Source: Raillietiella orientalis (taxonomy: Eukaryota). From it: DNA of 64,000 nucleotides. The number at the start of each line of letters is the position of its first letter. Position 1 is the stretch's first letter. Under the pieces are notes generated by a model, which saw only the letters and a list, made by a program, of their open reading frames with translations, was not told the origin of the DNA and ran no database searches. Position numbers and translations under genes: made by a program. Positions 10,474 to 23,880 of the stretch are shown here, one piece after another. The DNA is taken from assembly GCA_036172245.1 (NCBI GenBank), contig JAYWIR010000003.1, forward strand, positions 5,704,001 through 5,768,000, given 5' to 3'.

Positions 10474-13400
10474 CTGGAAGGATGACAGAGGTCAGACCGA
10501 TCGATCGTCCTGCCGGCGGGGCGAGAAAGGGCGGAAGGCGGATGGGGAGGAAAGGAGCAAAGGAAGGACAGGAGAGAATGGGAGAAGGGAGAGAGAGAAG
10601 CAGTAGGGGCTAAAAGAAGGGAAGGGATCAGGAAGGAACGTGACGATGAAGAGGAAGAAGGGAGCACGAAAAGGAGCGAGAGAAGGAGAGCAAACCCTTT
10701 CCCCCCTTTCGGAGACGGACAAGCTGAGGCAAGAGAGCACCGCAGCAACGCTCTCGGATGACGGCGTCGCCACTCAGCGATTCCTCACCCACGTGTGAGC
10801 CTCCCCATTGCCCGAGGAAAGGATAGGGTGGGGGGTCTCCAGCCCTCCTCTTCGCTGCTTCCTAGAGAGAGCAACTCACGCAAGACCGACCGAAAGCCAT
10901 TTCGACGGTCTCCACGGGTCATTTTCGCGAGGAGCTCTGGGAGGATAAAACGATGAGACCCCGGGTCCAGCTGGAGTAAACCGAAAACAAAACACGCCGA
11001 TGAGGCGGGATGTCCTTTCCAGTAGTAGAAAGATAGCATCCCCGTTTTACTCCCCAAATCCCTCTTTTTTTTTTTTTTTCGACACCTTTGTCCACCTCCC
11101 TCATGACTTCTACTCTCCTGTGCCCTGCCGTCGATGTTTCCGGGTTCGCGATCGCCCTACGGCGAGTGCCTCGTCTTCCTCACCCTTCTTTTTCCCTTCC
11201 AAAGGGGAAAAGCCCCCCAGACGAAGCGCGCGTCCCAGGAGGGCAGTGCCATATCCACTCCCTCCCTTGTTTACCTCCTTTCGCTTGAACTGTTTCGCCG
11301 GATAGAGTCCGCATGATCGCTTCTGTCTGAGAGGAGCGTTCTACACCGTTGCCATGAACAACGAAGTGCGAGCCCACCCTCCTCTGTCCGGACGCGCTGC
11401 TTGTTTTTTTTTTCTTCTTCCTCTCTCTCTCTTCCTCTTATTCTTCTTCCCTGCAGCGAGATGCCCCCTGGCTGATCTTTGCTGCTTCCACGGAGGCGGC
11501 TCAGATTGATAGCCGAGATAACAAGGAGGAGGGATGCAGCAGCATCCCCCGGCAGCGCCAAGGAGCAAGAGTAGAGAGGAGAGGGAAGGGAGGGGAGCGA
11601 GGAAGAAAAACAAGCGAAGGGTCCCTAGCCGCGAAGGTCAGGGAAGCAGGCGCTGCGCCGTCTGGGAGCAGCGTAGCGCCCCTACAGGGACAAAAGGGAA
11701 CTCCCCACCAAGATGGCAGCGAATGACCCCCGACCCTCTCCCTCCCCACGGAGCCTGTCGGCTCCTTTTCTGCAGATCCCTGCCTCCTGGAGGATCGAGA
11801 GCAGCCGACGGGACCTCGGTTTGACGTCTTTGTAGGACTGGATGCCCCTCCGGGATCGCGGAAGTGTGCGTGTGCAAGCACATTCTACGATCGCGAACGC
11901 GCGGCGCACCTGCGACCAGCATCCGCAGGTGCGCTGAACCGGGATCGTCTGTCCTTCCTCGAGTGCTCGCGAATGTGGATGCGTCCCCGAGTGCTGGCTT
12001 CACACCACCAAGTGCGGATGAGGGCTACAGGACGGGAGACTCCATCCCTCTGGCTACGCGCGAAAGTTCCGCCAGAGTGACGCCGTGTGAGCGTTGCGTG
12101 GCAACTTGAGCGTTCGTCTCCTTCCCGCCGCAAGGTCGCAGGTTTCCGCCGACGCCCTCTTCCACGAGAACGGCTCGCGCGGACCAGGGCGCACCCGTGC
12201 GCGTGCAATGAAATGCGTAGCAAAAAACACAAGAAAAAAAACAATCGGTAGGCGCGGGAACTGCGGAAGAGAAAAGGAGAAAGGGAGGAGTGGCTCAACG
12301 AATTGTGGGAACTTCCCTTCCTCCCACCCCATTCTCTACCCCCCGTGTACACCGGGGTCGGGTCAGCTGCAGCTGTAGGACGCGCGGAGACTGGGAAGAG
12401 ACGACGACGCCGATTTCAGGCGGACCGACTTGCCAGGAAGAGCCTCCCGCAGTCATGGCTACCGCTAGAAAGCATCGTGGCGGACTCAGATCTCCCCAGA
12501 GGGCCCTCGGGTGGTGTCCCATAAAGACCTTCTCACCTCTCCGCCTCGTGCGGGGTCGGTGGGAAAAGCGGGGAAGCAGGGAGGAATTGGGAAGCCTCCT
12601 CGTGCGCGGGTTCCGGCCTCGACCCTGATGGAGGTTCTTCCCGGAGGGATACCGGAGTTGTGCTGCTCCCGCTGGTACCGTCTCCATTGGGCGGACGGAA
12701 AGCTCTGAGCGTGGCGTCCGGCCACGTGCTCGTTGCGGCGGAAGGAGGGAGCGCGCCCTACCCTGGTGGTCCAGAGAGAATAAGGCGACCGGGACAGCAT
12801 TTTTTCCTTTTCCGGAGGAAAGAGCGAAGCAAGGAGACGGGGGCGGCACCCCGAAGGAGATGAAAAACTGCAGGGGTTCGTGGAGCGCCAGGCGGGTGGG
12901 GGGGGGGAGCCGCTTGCCAGGTCCCACAGATGCAGCTGCCGCTAGCGCACTTGAACTTTCTTCCGGAAGCCTCTGGGAGAGAGTGAGAGCTGCCCTGACC
13001 TGGGTATCCCTCAGAGACCTCAGGGAGAGAAGGCGCGACTGCCTCTGACCGCTTTCTGCAGCATCCCGCGCTCGCCTCTGCGTCTCAGGGGCGCGGATCC
13101 ACCGACTGAAGGAGAAAGGCCGGAAGGAAAGAGCGCGCTCGATGCCGGACGGCTGGGGGGGCTAGGGACAGATGCTTACGTCGGGAGGAGCTGGGGGAAA
13201 ATCGAAGAGGTTCGCGCCGCTACGCAGAGCTCTCGTACTGCTGCTCCCAGCCCGTTTCTCGCCCGGCGGCATCTGCAGATGCTGCGACCTCTCTATTCAG
13301 CTTTCTTCTCTGATCTCGCGGAGGACTGGGTGGTGCCGGCGACGGAGACGCAGCTTCCACTCCTGGGGAAGCTCGCGCCCTCGCAAAAGATCAGGAAGAG

Positions 13401-16400
13401 CGTTTCGTGGGTGCTCCTGCTCGCCATGCCGTTGCCTGGATGCTGTAGCAGCACGAAAAGGAGGAGAGGAGGAATTTTTCATCCCTGGAAAATGTCCCTC
13501 TCAGGCGTGGATGATCCCTTCTCCCCTATTTTTCTGCTGACTGCCGGCTGTCTAGCTCTTCCCCGTGCAGTTCCTCCCTGCGCCCATGCGTCTGCTGGAA
13601 CTGAGGATCGATCGGCCCACTCATGCTCCCTGAGAAGCGCCATGGTCCTGCCGACTGCTTTGGCAGCTTTTGTTTGGACAGTTACGGATGCTGGGGAGTC
13701 GACCGATCTCTTTCGTGTGCAGCCGCCTCCAGCCTCTCTCGCGCGGTCCAGGGAGGAACGCTCATCCACGTATCGTCCTTCCGCCTTAGTAGACGGTCTC
13801 TCTCCTGTCGAGGGGGACGGAAGCGGGCAGGATCCCTGTCCTCCGGCGCTGGAAGCGAAGCGGAGGAGGTCATCATTCGTGATGCCGACTGGGAGCGAGG
13901 GAAGATGGCGGGAAGGAAAGGGAAGAAGGGAAAGAGAGGCAGACAGACTGTAGGGGCTGAGATAAGGAGAGAAAGGGGAATGGGAAGGGAAGGAACACGA
14001 GGCTGAGGATGTGCAAGGGAGGATGGAGTATATGGATGAGAAGAGGAGGAGGATTGCACCGAACCCGTTGCTTTTAGGGACGCTTCCTGCTAGCTCGGCA
14101 TCCTGGACGGTCCCAGTGCGACCGACGGTAGTCGCTGAGCATTTTTTTTGGGCTCCTTCTGGACGTTCGACTGAAGGCACGGACAAGTCTCGGGAAAGAG
14201 AGGATGGGAAGGGTGGTGGTGGTTGCCACGGCGACGAGGTAAAACTCTAGGGCACCTTGCTAAGTCTGTCCAGATGTTCCTCTCGCCCGCGGCTTAGGAA
14301 GAGAGCGGTTCGATCTCCCGGCAGCCGGGAGGGCTGAGGAGGAGGAGGAGCAGCAGGGAAGAAAAAAAGAGAAAAGGTGGTGCAGTTTGCGGCAGGCCGC
14401 AGCTGCTGTACCTCCCCACGGCTTCCCCTCCTCCTTGCGCCCGCGTCGGCCATCCCGAGCGAAAAGACAGGAAAGTCGCCGCGAAGTCGATGGTACACAA
14501 AAACACCTGATAAAATCTCCGGAGGACGGGGAGGACGGAGGGGCTCCAGGGGCCCTGGGGCATTCCTCCAGCGCTCACATCGGATGGAGCAGCGAAGAGA
14601 CGCGTGAGGCAGAAGCACTCAAGCAGCTCATCAGATAAAAGGTAGCTTCCCATCCCTGCCCTAATGGTGTTCTTATGACAATTCTGTGTCAGATAGGCAG
14701 ATATCCCCACCCGCTCCACGCAGCGCGACTCCCCCCCATCTCCCCTTCTGCAAGCCGCTTCCCTTCCTCCCTGCCGGGAGGAACCCGGAGGTGTTCCCGA
14801 GTGGAGAAAATCGCGTGTGAGTGTTGTTCCGTCCTCTCGATGACTCCTCGTACGGGGCCCCTCGCAGGCGATCCATTGATTCTCAGCGCCGTTGCTTGGA
14901 GACCACCGCAAGTCGGAGTAATCGTCTTCGCAAGGGAGCGGCCGGCCCGCAAGCCGGGGGTGGACGGATGTCCATGTCGTAAGCCCCTTCTCCGCCGGGT
15001 CAAGAGTAACCCTGGGAGGAGGAAGGGGAGCAGCAGTGGGGGTGGGAAGATGGAGGTGGGACCGCCTATGAGGGAAGGGAAATGAAGTTGGCCGCGGTAC
15101 AGCGAGCAGAAGCTGAGGAAGCGCGATCTCCACTACGATCTCCCGATGGCAGGGAGGGGGGGGGGGGAGCGGACTGCCCGAGTGCACACGCCCGAGCGGG
15201 GAACAGCTCGCGGGTCAAGGATGCTCCCGGGTAGTCTCTGGCGGTCTTGGCGAGACCTCAGGAGGGTGGAGGCCGAGCAATGGGGAGCATGGATGATGAG
15301 TTCTTCCTTCTACCCCACCCTTGCTCTTGCCCCATGCGTAGCGACCAGTGGCGGCGTACGGAATAGGTAAGCTGAGAAAAGGGACTTCTCATTCTGAACT
15401 GCCCATGTGTTCGAGCCGGTGAGCCCTTCCTTCAGGGAATCCTTCCTTCCTCCTCTCTCGCTCACACGAGGCGTGCAGAAGCACAGAGAAGGGGGAGGAG
15501 CGAGGCGAAAGGTTTTTTTTTTTTTTTTTTTTTTTGAGGGAGAAGTGAGCTCTCCCGCCTACCTCTTCCGCAAAGGCTAATCGATCACCCATTCCAGAGC
15601 TTCCTCTCCAGCTCCGGTCGCGATGTCGCCGCCATCCGGGATCGCACGGGAAAGGGAGCAGGCCGCTGCTGAGGCACGATGGCGCGGTTGCGCGTGCATC
15701 TGCAAGCCGCCGCCGCGGCGCTCCGGCTGCTGCAGGCATTGCGCGGCAGCAGTCCCTGCGGCGGCGGCGCCTGACCGGGGACCGAAGCGAAATGTCAAGA
15801 GGGAGTTGCCGCGTTTTTCTTCTTATTGTTTTCCTCCGACTTCCTTTGAAAGTGGTTCCAGGTTTCCAAGGGAACCCTCCTGCACAGGGCGAGCTTTCGG
15901 GGCGCGAGGGTGGCGTCGGTAAGAGCGCCGCACCCTTCTCCCTTCCCCACTCTTTTTTCCACCTCCTTCCGGCGCGAGGAGGGCAGCAAAACGGCCGGGA
16001 CAAAGCCCTGGGGAGATGAACGCAGTCGCCCGCTCTCTCCGGGAACGCAGACGGCTCTGCCTGGTGGGAAGGCATCCCTCCTTCCCACTTCCCCTCCCAC
16101 CATTCCCCTGACGCTACTCCCACTGAAGGGTATCGTACCCGAAAGAAGAGGCGATCCCGTGATCCCTGCCCTATCGTGGCATCCCCAATTACTCGCTAAA
16201 ATGGGTTCCGCCTGACGTGTTAATACGGTTCTTTGAATGGAACTTCGCCCCACCCGCGCACGCAGCTTCTCCCCGCCATCCGACTCTCTCCATCGCCGCC
16301 GCCGAGCAAACACACAACAAACACGTACACACACGTGTGCGCTTCTTGCCGCGTCTCCTCTGCGTTCCCCCTTCTCCTCCCCCTCCTCCCCCGAGGTAGT

Positions 16401-17049
16401 CAGCTGCGCGGAGGCACGGAGCGGAGAGCTGCCAGCGATCTCGCTTCGCCGACGCGCAGAACAAAAGGAAGGAGCGCTCGACATCTCCACGAGCGCCAAT
16501 TATTGGCACGTCTTTTCCGAGCCTCCGTCCACATCTGGGGACCCATTGTTCCCGGCGTTTGTTCTCGCGGGCCGCGTAGCGAACGAAGAGACGAGGGGGA
16601 GGAGGGAACGCACGCGCACGCGCGCATACAGAGGCAGGCTCTTGTGGGGCGAGGAGGACGAGGCAGATGGGATGCAAAAGACTCTTCGGCCAGCCCTTCC
16701 ACCCAGGCGTGGGTGCACCTCACTTGCCCTCTTCGAGCAGCGCTCTGCCTGTGCGTGTGTGCTGCACACACGCACGCGAGCGCGTGCCTACTCCTACGGG
16801 GATGATGTCTGACAAGGGCGGCGGGCCGCACTCAAAATGCGCGTGCGCGCGCCTCGACGGTCGGGTCGAGCTGCCCTGCGGAGGAGTCTCTTAAGAGGAG
16901 GGTGGGCAGTTCTACCCTCCTTCCCCGTCGAACGCTGGGGCGATGCGGGGACCCATCTGTGCGGCGGCAGCAAGCCACGAGCGGCGTCGGGCGACAGCTG
17001 ACTTTACGCCACCTATAAGTTCCCGAGACTTGCTGCTATCCTGACAGCC

Positions 17050-17900
17050 ACAGAGAAAGGACGGCGCCAACAGAGAGAGCGACGGTGAGGAACTGCGAAA
17101 GGTCAAAGGAGGAAGGAAAGAGCAGCATCCGCTCTTCTACAGCTGGAGTGGCGAGAACGTGATCGACGACGCCATCGGCGGCAAACGACGAAGAGGATCA
17201 GCATTACACGTACAGTTTAAGGATCGGCGGCAAAAACGACCCCCTGCCCCTCTCGGGTTGTGCTTCAGAGACGTTCTGCCTGTGTAGCAGCAGCAGGACG
17301 CTTGCTTCGGCAATCAAACTTCCCGTTTTGACATGAGGCGAGAGGCGTGGCTGGGAACAGCAGCATCTCGAGCAGCGAAGGTCATCTGGGAGGAGCCTTC
17401 ACGGTGGGACGTAGCCGAGATGCTTGCTGTCCAAGAACTCGGCGGAGGCAGCAGCGGGGGGAAGCCGCGCGCTCGTTTCAAAGGGGCAAGAGAGCACCCC
17501 GATCGAGCGCGAAAGAACCCTTGGCTCCCAGCGTGCCGTCTCGCATCCGCTGCATCGTCCATGTGCAGATGAAAGACCGGCAAGGGGATCCATCCCGAGC
17601 ACCAAGAAACCCGCAGCTCGAAAGCGAAAGTCCTGTAGCGCGAGCACAGAATGCGTGGGCAAAAAAGAAAAGCAAAAATGCAGAGCGGCTGCATTTCGAG
17701 CGTGTCGCCTCCCGTGGTGGTCCGGGAGAGACGCGTTGAGGAAACCTCGTGGGTTGAAAGTCCTCTGAGAATCCACGGCCTGGTGCGCAGGCGTGAGGAT
17801 GCAGAAGAACCTTGCGAGAAGCGGTGGGGGTGGCGCGTTCCTCCCCAGCTGGAAGAGACCCAAGGGGGGGAGGTCCGTCGAAGACCCCTTTGCATCCTCT
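17050..17900 (-). mobile_element. Possible PIF/Harbinger transposase fossil
   Basis: Motif order fits Harbinger transposases: RR...WV (~17862), HTH-like LCIFAFL...YRTFAFELRVS (~17690-17605), VVFAADP (~17240-17221, cf. hhhGDxAh) and RHSSCRR...LSFL..PF (~17155-17095). The first catalytic DG is not preserved. Confidence 0.4.
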
Positions 17901-19349
17901 TCCTAGGCGCTCGCTGAGCCATTCCGCTCGCACCTCCCTTGGCAATTCGCGCTGAGGTCTCCCCCCCTCCGTCGGAGTGAACAGGCCGTCCGTGCTTGCG
18001 GGCCTCCTCTCTCGTCGTCCTGCAGCTTCGAGAGAACTCTCCCGCCGTCGCGAAGGAAGCGCGCGAATCTTTCCGCACTTCTGGGCACATCTTTTCGCGA
18101 GAGCACTCCTTCCCTTCGTCGGGTGTGCCGTCCGGGAACAGCACGCAGGGAGAGAAAAGGGAGTTGCGGGGAAAAAGTTTCCGCATCGAAATCCGAACGC
18201 GGAGAAGAAGAAGATTCCCATCCGGCAAGCTGTTCCGCGCGGGAGGCTTCGACCAGCAGGGAGATTCCTCCGCCGCCATGGGATCCACCCGCTTCAGAGT
18301 GGTTCCGTGCTTGGAACCTGCTTGCTGCTGCTGCTGCTGCTTTTTGCGTCCAGTTCTCTCTGTTCTCCTCTGACGTCTGGCAACTCCGTCTTTCGGAGCG
18401 CAGCGGTGCGGAAAAGAACAAAAAACAAAAGGCGGAGTAAAAACGGCAGCAGCCGTTCCCAAGGCGCCGCTTCCCAGCAGTCTCTCAGCACTGGAAGAAT
18501 CGTGAACGCGTTCGCAGCCCGCGAAAGTTGATTCACTCGCTCTCGCAGCCTACCATCCAGCACGCGAGGCTGTCGTCTTGGTTTCTGGAATAAAAATACC
18601 AGCAAAGAGTGCGTCTCTTACGAGTCAGAAAATGCTCTGGATATCCTGCAAGGGCTAAAGATGTATCCATCGCACCCGTTCGGGTCATCCGCTCATTATT
18701 TCTCTTTCTTTCTTTTTTTTTTTTTTTTAGCGCGCAAGGCGCGGGTAGATTTGCTGATAATCGTGAGAGGCTGCCTGCGTGTGCGTATCTCTCGCTTTTT
18801 CATTTCCCAAAGCTGCAACTTGGAAGCAGAGATTTATCCCGCATCGAGACCACGACTGCGCCTGGGTATATGCACTTCTCCCTCACACACTCCGTGCACT
18901 TGCTGAGCAAATAAACCAAAGCAGCAGCCACCAAGCAGCAGCAGAGGAAATTCCCTTCGAGCTTTTTATTTGACCTTTCACCGCAACGCGCGGTATATGC
19001 AGCATGTGCCCGAGTTCTGTTTCAATTAAACGATTCGGGAAAGACTTCGAAGGTCACATGCGAGTCCACCTTTTTCTCGAAGCTATGCGTGCGCCATTTC
19101 TGGTAACGTACGATCTCGAAAAGAGTATTAGTACATCACATCACATGTACTTCGGGAAGGCCACCTGCCTCACCCTTTCCCTCTGTCCGTGTGTTTCTTT
19201 ACATACACACTCATCACATCAAGCCCCATGATATTCATACTTAAATGCCGTACATGTACACAGTATTCAACTACCAACAGATAGTATTAAGATTAGTATT
19301 TGATATGGCATCGATTACACAGAGTCTATGCATATATCTATATTTAGAA

Positions 19350-21260
19350 ATAACATCGTAAGCTACAAGCATAGCCTTGATATGGGAGGGCCCATGCATG
19401 TAATGCCAACATGAGCATCCCTGGCCATCGCGTGTACATTCTGAAAATAACGGCATCCCATTCCTAGTGCTTCCAGCCTTCGGTTGAACCGGGAAGAAAT
19501 TCAGCTTCGAAATGCTGAAGCCACGACCGGGGAGATCGATTGTTTTTCCTATGAGGTGGATGTTTCAGGATTTCGCTCTCAGACACCACAATGATTGAGG
19601 ATGCTGCAGTTCCGTAGTACCATCTAGGCTTCTTGTTCGCATGCTCCTACTTCTTAGGAACTCGGCTGCTGTATTTTGGAAAATTCCTGCTCGTTGAAAC
19701 CTCTCCCACTTTCAGAAAAGACGCTTTCCTTTGTAGTTGGGTTCTTCCCATTTTCTCCCATTGCTCGTTTTTGTAACATCTCGCACAAAACCTTTCCATC
19801 AGCTTTCCACGTTCCATTCTTCAAAGATACACTGAGCAATCACACAGTGTACACGATTTCACGTTAAACCAAACACTTTTTGCTTGCCGAGCTTAAGACC
19901 TTATTCTTGAAACAGAAAATTTCCGTAATGCCACGACTGGACGGCCTTAAGAACGCGTAAACTGCGAAATTATAAGTAAGTCGCTGCCATTTGCAAGCAT
20001 CTGTTATCTCGAGATATTCTCAATTCCGCGAAAGTACTTCGCACTTTCTAATTCAAAGTGTTTTTCTTCATCGATCAGTGGTGCTCGTAACTCCACTGCA
20101 CTTCCATCGTAAGAACTGTACCCGACCAGTGACGAAGACACGATGTTGCTTCTGTCCGCATTTGCTCATCCGGGGTCTTCGAGTGGTTTTTCCTCACCGT
20201 CCTGGTCAAGCAATCTTCTTGCATCTCCTATATCCTCTCGAATTCGCTTGGCCTTATCGAAAAGTGAAGTGCCAGCCTCTTGTTCTCTGCTTTTCTCTAC
20301 TTCGAATTCAAGTAGTGGGTATTGCATAGTCGAGTAACCGTGGATATAGATATATTGGATCACTTTACATTCCTCAAGCAGTTCTGTTTCCTGTTGTTCC
20401 CCCCTTTTTGCCAGCAAGTCATCGCTCAAAAGGCATCCGTTTGTCTACGAGTTTTGGGATTTTAGGCAGTTTCGCACCGCGGAAAGTACCCACAGACGAG
20501 AATCACACAAAAGGGTGGAGAATTCTCAATCCGCCGAGGAAAAGCAATGTCTGATGGAGCGCGTTTTCTGTACACCTACCGTACTGTTTTTTTTATCTCT
20601 GTTCCCTGGATTATGAAGTGCACTCAGCGGACGGACTTTGAGAGCTCGCGTTTTACCAGAGTGCATGGAACCCCTAAACAGCGTAATGGAAAATCTTCGC
20701 TTCTTGGATGGAGACACTCAAGAGAAACACTTGAGCCACAGAATATGAGCACGCAGGAATTCTAATTATATCTAAAAGCGGTGCTTTCGAGCTGCTCGAA
20801 GCGAAATTCATATATATACATACTGCTTGAGGCACTAAAGGGTACTAAAGGGGTTTTCAAAATGCACTTTTGAGACATTAACTCGGCAACGGTATCGATG
20901 GTTCGGTGAAAATGACGATTGGGAAATGCTACGAATATTTAACTTTCCTGATCCCCAAGTCTTCCTCACTGTTGCCATGGTGAAAACAGTGGTATATTAA
21001 GGCAGATCCTTAATTCCATACGCAATCACTCTCCCTCTTTGGTATTGCTCTCTTTAAAGCTTCTTCTAGCACACTCCTATTCAATTAGTGTGTAAAACGA
21101 GTAAAAGTATCCCGGTATGGTTCCATTTCGGATTCCAGTCGAAACATCCAGTACTAGAAGGAAATATACACTCTCGACTGCTCTACTACATTTTGTGTAT
21201 ATCAACACCATTCTTCTGTCTCCGGGACCAATAACCATCATCACCCACTGAGCAGCAGAG
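19350..21260 (-). mobile_element. Decayed LINE reverse transcriptase and C-terminal region (RTE/RTEX-like)
   Basis: In order: GPGD...NGTIP (~21230-21115), SEEDLGIRK (~20970, cf. EEQxGFR), VHFENPFSTL (~20865, cf. DFxKAFD), FSITLF (~20690), CFSSAD (~20545), LEECKVIQYIYIHG (~20375) and CRYFQNVHAMARDAHVGITC (~19450-19395). Confidence 0.6.
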
Positions 21261-23379
21261 CAGCAATAAGGAAGGGTAGATGCTGCTCCTATTCTCATTT
21301 TCCTTTTTATTTATTGTCATCAATAATGAGCCTTCAGTATAGCTCGATAGCCGCATTAATTCATTATTCTTTTCTTGGAAACTGTCTATTCATTGAGAGA
21401 TTGCTTTCAAGGTTCCGTTCGCGGCAGACCAAGAGAGCTTGCTAGGAAACCGATAGATCATAAGGGGATGGAGTAAACACAAACTGGATCACTGATCCAT
21501 CTGATTTCGCCTCCTCCCACACACACACACACACAAGAAAAAAGCAAACAGCATAAGAACGAATGTGTTTCTCCTTTTTCTTGGCGTGTTTACAAGTAGC
21601 TTCCATCATCAGCGCAAAGCAAGCACTCGTGGATTCAGGAGATCCGAAATAATGCAGATTCAAATGCTACATCAAATTCACTCTCAGCTGACGGTATCCA
21701 TTGGACGCAAATACATTTGCTCGTGGAATAAAACAAGAGGGAAACATGAGAAACCGCTTAGGTCGCGCAAAGAGTGACTTAACTCATCCATGCCAACCAA
21801 TGTCATCGATGCAACCGGCGACTCCATGGCGAAATCATCTTCGTTTTGAGGAAAATTCGACTTCAAGATCAAGGGGTTTGTTTCGGTTTAGGACGAACAA
21901 TCTGATTCGATCGTTCCAGCGTGTCAAAACATCCGAGTGGAGGTAATGGAGTTCATCCTTATCGCCGACATTAGCTCATAAGAGAATCGCTTCAAAGATA
22001 ACGCTAACAAGGTGGGCAAGGGACGAAGCAGCCAAAACTTTCCGAGTGCATTATCCTCCAGAATTCTGGAAGGAGCGCTCCATTTAGGAGTTCCAGATCC
22101 TCAGACGCATCGCTCCAAGGACAAAGACCACGATCTTCCACCGGGAGGAAGAAAGCCAACACTCCCGGGTCGCGGAGTGTCTGCCACGTTCTCAGCAGCG
22201 GGAAACGAAAAAGGTTGTTCCAAATGGCACTGCCGGCAAAATCGGGTTTCCCATCGATTTAGGGGGCGACGGGAAGGAAAGCTCTCTCCCCATTCCTCCC
22301 TTTAAAAGGAAAAAAGAAAAGGGAATTCTGGTCTCCTTGGGTCATCTAGGACGGGTAGTCTGACAGTTCCACGAGGACAGAACAGGGCGGCAGGCGGGAG
22401 ATGAAGAGAGAATGAAAAGCCAAATCGAAGAGCAGATGAAAGCGAGCGACTATTGTGCGTGCGCTTCCCTGGAGAAACCCTCCGGATCGCACTTCTTGGA
22501 AACCGGGACTTCCTTGATTGGGTCCAGACAACTTGTGTCTGCGAATACCCGTAAAAAGGAGAGAGGTCGGTGGTCGGTAGTGGACCTCTCTGCAACGGGC
22601 AGTCGTTTGCGCCGCAAGTCTGTTCGTCTGCCGAACGAAAGAACTGAATTTCGAGCTTCCCTGTCAGTTTGTCCACATACCTTTACAGGTCTCATATGTT
22701 TCTATGGGCATGGAAAGCAAGCACACGGCACTTGCATACACACGAGTGTGTACAAGTATGAGTGGGTGACCGAAAATGACGGACACGAAAACCTATAGTG
22801 AAATTTCGGTTTCCTTTGTCGGAGACTTGTCACAACACGGGACTAATGAGGAAGATGCTGGCAGGTGACTCGAGCTGTTTGAAATGTTCGTTTCCAGAGA
22901 CAAAGATCCGATTCTCTTAAAGGCATTCCGAGAATAAAGACCAAAAGAGATTAGTTCTTAATAAAGGGAGGACAAAAGGGGAGATGTGATGACTTCGCTT
23001 CGCATGAAGCAGAGCAGCTGGCAACTTGAGTTCACATCTCGGAGGAACAGAAGAAAGAAGAAATTGCGAACACGGAAAGCAGTGCCGAAAAAACAGCCTT
23101 CTGTTCCTTCCAGAAAACGTTCGATCCTTTCTTCGGGGAAGGGGACTCCGTTTCCGTGTATCCTTCATTGTTCCTCTTCTTCGTAGCAAGCGATTTGTTC
23201 TCCCCTCGCTTGAAGCTTTCAGAAGCATTCATGAGGTGGGGGCGTCCAGACAGGGTCATACTTCCTCCAGCTGAAGACAGGCTTGGATTTATGTGAACTC
23301 TACGGATGGACGCTCCGCGAAATCTCCAGAACAGAGTAGTTGCAGCAACCTCGCCGAGATATTGCTCGAAAGGAACTCG

Positions 23380-23880
23380 GTCAGCAACCGACCCGAATGT
23401 GCGGATACTCGACGCCTATGCAGAGCAACTGCTGGCTGCTGGCTATTTTGCCCAAGCTGCGGCGCATTCCTTTTGCAACGATCTGCCTAGGCATCGGGGA
23501 TCCTCCGATTTCTCTGAGATGCTTTCTACGGCGTCTTCTCCAGAACAACCTGAAGCGTGCAGATCTTCCGCAACTAACCATCCTCGCTTGTTTCTTGCCC
23601 GTTGTTTCGGCGTGAGGCCTCTGCAACGGCACGCCTCATTCCATTCGTTTCGCCTGTGACTTTGCTTGGCTCTCGCCTTAATGGCATCTCCCACGTGGTC
23701 ATGTGGGATCAGAGGCAACGACAAAGCTCCTAATAGCTGTCTTGAGACTGGACAACAGGCCCTTGGTCACGTGCTCCATCCTTCGACCGTTCGGTCGCTG
23801 CCTTGTGAATCCTTAGCTGCCTCACATATTGCGCTGGCTTGGCATTCTCCCGATCACGTTATTTCTTTGTGATGTGAGGT
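23380..23880 (-). mobile_element. LINE 3' fragment (RNase H-like and C-terminal Zn-binding remnant)
   Basis: AICEAAKDSQ (~23830-23800), IPHDHVG (~23710) and ARFRL...HLREIG.S...QLLCIGVEYPHIR (~23560-23395). Confidence 0.4.

Noticed and set aside
22330..22700. Possible Tc1/mariner C-terminal remnant (PLPTTDLSP) on the minus strand
   Set aside because: Single weak motif, no TIRs or other catalytic residues.
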